This document shows, piece by piece, positions 61,061 to 64,000 of a stretch of 64,000 bases of DNA (positions are counted from its first letter, which is position 1; the number at the start of each line of letters is the position of its first letter). The notes under the pieces were generated by a model that was not told where the DNA came from, ran no database searches, and worked only from the letters and a program-made list of their open reading frames with translations. The DNA comes from an uncultured Gemmatimonadales bacterium (lineage in GTDB: Bacteria > Gemmatimonadota > Gemmatimonadetes > Gemmatimonadales > GWC2-71-9): contig CAWJMT010000003.1 of NCBI GenBank assembly GCA_963844035.1, positions 160,001-224,000 of the forward strand. The letters are read 5' to 3'. A program made the position numbers and the translations under genes.

Positions 61061-62702
61061 ATGAACAAGCAGATTCGCCAGCGACTGATGATCATCGGCG
61101 TCCTGATCGTGGCGAGCGTGTGGGCGCTCCTGCCGCGCAACGTGACGCAACGAGTGGTGGACCGACGACCGGCCGGATGAAAGACACGACGGTGCGCGAG
61201 GTGCCGATCAACTTCGGCCTCGACCTCCGCGGCGGCATCCACCTGGCCCTCGAGGTCGATCAGTCGCGCGGCCCGGTGCCCGACCCCGCCGAAGCGATCC
61301 GGCGGGCCGAACGCGTGGTGCGGACCCGGATCAACGAGTTCGGCACCAAGGAACCCGTTGTCCAGATCGTCGGCGGCAACCGGCTGATCGTCGAGCTCCC
61401 CGGCGAGCAGGACCCGGCGCGGGCCAAGGGTATCATCCAGCGCACGGCGTTTCTCGAGTTCCGCATCACCGACATGAAGAACCAGTTCCGGGATGCACTG
61501 CCCGGGATCGACCAGGCGCTCAAGGCGGCCGGCGTGCATGCCGCGGGCGCCGCGCCGGCCAGCGCCGTGTCGCAGCTGTTCGGCGGCGACACGTCCAAGC
61601 AGAAGGGGAAGGACAAGGCGGCGGCAAAAGACACGAGCCAGAACCAGGCTGGGGCGCTCACGTCCCTCCTCTTTCAGGGCTCGGTCCCCGGCGAGTTCCT
61701 CGTGCCGGAAGAGCAAGTGCGCTGGCGCCGACAGCCTCCTCGCCCGGCCCGATGTGCAGCGGCTGATTCCCCGCGGGCTCGACTTCAAGTGGAGTACCGA
61801 GGTGGAATCCCGGGGCGCGCGGTCCTATCGCGCGCTCTACATCGTAGAAGACAAGCCGATCATCACCGGCGACTATCTCGAGAAGGCGACGGCGCGACGC
61901 GACCAGATGACGAATCAGTCGATCGTGGAGTTCACGCTCTCGCGCAAAGGCGGCCGCGTGTTCGAGCGGGAGACCGGCCGGCACGTAAACGACTTCATGG
62001 CCATCATCCTGGACGGCCGCGTCCAGGGGGCGCCGCCGATCATCAAGAGCCAGATCGGGCAGCGTGGCCAGATCGAGCTCGGGAGCAAGACGCTGCAAGA
62101 CGCCAATGATCTCGCGCTCGTGCTGCGGGCCGGCGCGCTCCCCGCGCCGCTCGTCATCGTCGAAGAGCGCACGATCGGCCCGTCGCTCGGCAAGGACGCC
62201 ATCCATGACGGCATCAAGGCCGGGATCGCGGGCGTTTTCCTGGTCGTGCTGATCATGGTAGCCTACTACCGCATGGCGGGCCTGCTCGCGGTGCTGGCCC
62301 TCGTGCTGTACGCGCTGTACACGATGGCCGGGCTCGCCGGCTTCGGGTTCACGCTCACGCTCCCAGGGCTGGCGGGGTTCGTTCTGTCGATCGGTATTGC
62401 CGTGGACGCCAACGTGCTGATCTTCGAGCGCATTCGTGAGGAGCTGGCGGCTCGGGAAAACCGTCCGGATGGCCATCGATCAGGGGTTCGCCCGCGCGAT
62501 GAACGCCATCGTCGATTCCAACGTGTGCGCCATTCTCACCGCGCTGTTCCTCTTCCAATTCGGGACCGGCCCCGTCAAGGGGTTCGCGGTGACGCTCATC
62601 CTGGGCGTGCTCGCCTCGATGGTCACCGCGATCTTCGTCACGAGGACGTTCTTCATGATCTGGCTGCAACGCCGTCCCACTATGGAAACGTTGAGCATCT
62701 GA
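61061..62702 (+). CDS. secD: Protein translocase subunit SecD (frameshifts near 61160, 61720, 62450)
   Basis: FGLDLRGG, LIVELPG, MAIILDG, LRAGALPAP, IGPSLG, AVDANVLIFERIREE, GPVKGFAVTL. Confidence 0.94.
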
Positions 62703-62706
62703 TCCC

Positions 62707-63756
62707 ATGCGCCGACTCTTCAGTCAACACGACCTTCGATTTCATCGGTGTCCGTCGCTACGCCTATGTCCTGACGGCGGCGTTCTTCATTCCCGGGCTG
62801 CGTGCTGTTGCTGGTCCGCGGGCTCAACTACGGCATCGAATTCACCGGCGGGACGCTGGTTCAGGTGCAGAGCACGGTGCCGATTGATGCCGCGGCCCTG
62901 CGGCACGCCCTCGACCAGCACGGGCTGACGGGCGCCGAGATCCAGTCGTTCGGGAGCGACCGCGACTACACCATCCGGGCCCGCATCGAAGGGGAAGGGC
63001 ACAAGGCTGAAGACACCGAGGCAACGGTCACCGCGGTGAGCGCGTCGCTCGACGCGACGCTTGGAGCCCGGCCAGTACAAGATCCTCCGCCATGAGGCCG
63101 TCGGGCCGAAGGTCGGCGGTGAGCTGCGCCAAAAGGCCCTGCTCGCCACGCTGCTGTCGTTTGCCGCGATCCTCATCTATCTCGCGATCCGGTTCGAGTG
63201 GCGCTTCGGCCTCGCCGCCATCGGCGCGACGGCGCACGACATCCTCGGCACGATCATGTTCATCAGCCTGATGCGCCTCGAGGTGAGCCTCGTGATCGTC
63301 GGCGCGGTGCTGTCGGTGCTCGGCCTGTCGCTGAACGAGACCGTCATCATCTTCGACCGCGTGCGGGAGAACGAGCGAAAACGGCTGAAGCTCGATCTGT
63401 CGGCTGTGCTCAACTTGTCCATCAACGAGACGCTGCCGCGTACCGTGTTGACGCACGGCACCGCGCTGTCGACGATGGCGACGCTGGCGATCTTCGGCGG
63501 TGAGGTCATCAGGCCGTTTGCGTTCGTGATGTTCTTCGGCGTATTCACCGGAATCTTCTCGTCCATGTTCATCGCCCCGGTGGCGCTCATGTACATCCGC
63601 CGCCGGTGGCCGGTGGAAGGCGGCGCCCGCGTCACCGCGGCTGCAGCGCGGCGCCCCGCGCCCGCCACCGTCGCGCACCCCGCGTCGGCACCGACGGCGG
63701 CTGAGGGTGCTGGTCGACGCCCACTGCCATTTGGGCGACGAGGCGTTCGATCCTGA
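62707..63756 (+). CDS. secF: Protein translocase subunit SecF (frameshifts near 62720, 62800, 63062; true stop may be 63704)
   Basis: LNYGIEFTGG, VGPKVGGEL, IRFEW, HD, SLNETVIIFDRVRE, SINETLPRT. Confidence 0.93.
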
Positions 63757-64000
63757 CCGTGACGCGGTCCTCGATCGCGCGCGGGCAGCCGGGGTCGGGA
63801 CATGTGGTGGTGATCGGGACGACGGCGGCCGACTCGGAACGGGCCGCCGCCCTGGCGAGCAGCCGTCCCGGCCTTTCGGCCACCGCTGGCGTGCATCCCC
63901 ACGAGGCGAAGGACTGGTCGACCGACACGGAGCGGCGGCTGCGCGCCCTGCTGGCCCGTCCCGGCGGTGGTCGCGGTCGGCGAGACGGGTCTCGACTATC
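63707..64000 (+). CDS. tatD: TatD family hydrolase (partial, frameshifted)
   Basis: MLVDAHCHL, TAGVHPHEA, VVAVGETGLDY. Confidence 0.88.
   Translation, partial: MLVDAHCHLGDEAFDPDRDAVLDRARAAGVGTCGGDRDDGGRLGTGRRPGEQPSRPFGHRWRASPRGEGLVDRHGAAAARPAGPSRRWSRSARRVSTI

Overview
High-GC bacterial chromosome segment, almost entirely core and housekeeping genes. Gene order and protein style suggest Gemmatimonadota (inference). Left to right: end of a beta-barrel gene, two tRNA-Ser, a methyltransferase, pyrR-pyrB-pyrC, rpsT; a ~22 kb co-directional + strand run (site-2 protease, scpAB, rluB, HEAT protein, MoxR/DUF58/Bat cluster, mutL, miaA, bshA, uppP, birA, coaX, two UbiA-like genes, a barrel-NlpC/P60 fusion); CIRCE-groES-groEL; a HEAT plus HD-GYP pair; a minus-strand roadblock/REC/sugar-nucleotidyltransferase/Ser-Thr kinase cluster; serS, histidine kinase, pcrA, gatCAB; a small AT-richer islet; murA, pgeF, rimP-nusA-infB-rbfA-truB-ribF, secDF and partial tatD. 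Dozens of single-base frameshifts hit even essential genes and are most likely assembly errors. I saw no CRISPR array, rRNA or transposase. The most interesting signals are (1) an unnamed ~110-aa N-terminal 'LY[P/A]xxHP' domain shared by two HEAT-repeat proteins and an HD-GYP phosphodiesterase, (2) a family of 7/8-mer x4 tandem arrays with different sequences but the same architecture, often as inverted pairs, at gene junctions and inside coding regions, and (3) catalytic-motif variants in MutL, CoaX and MurA.
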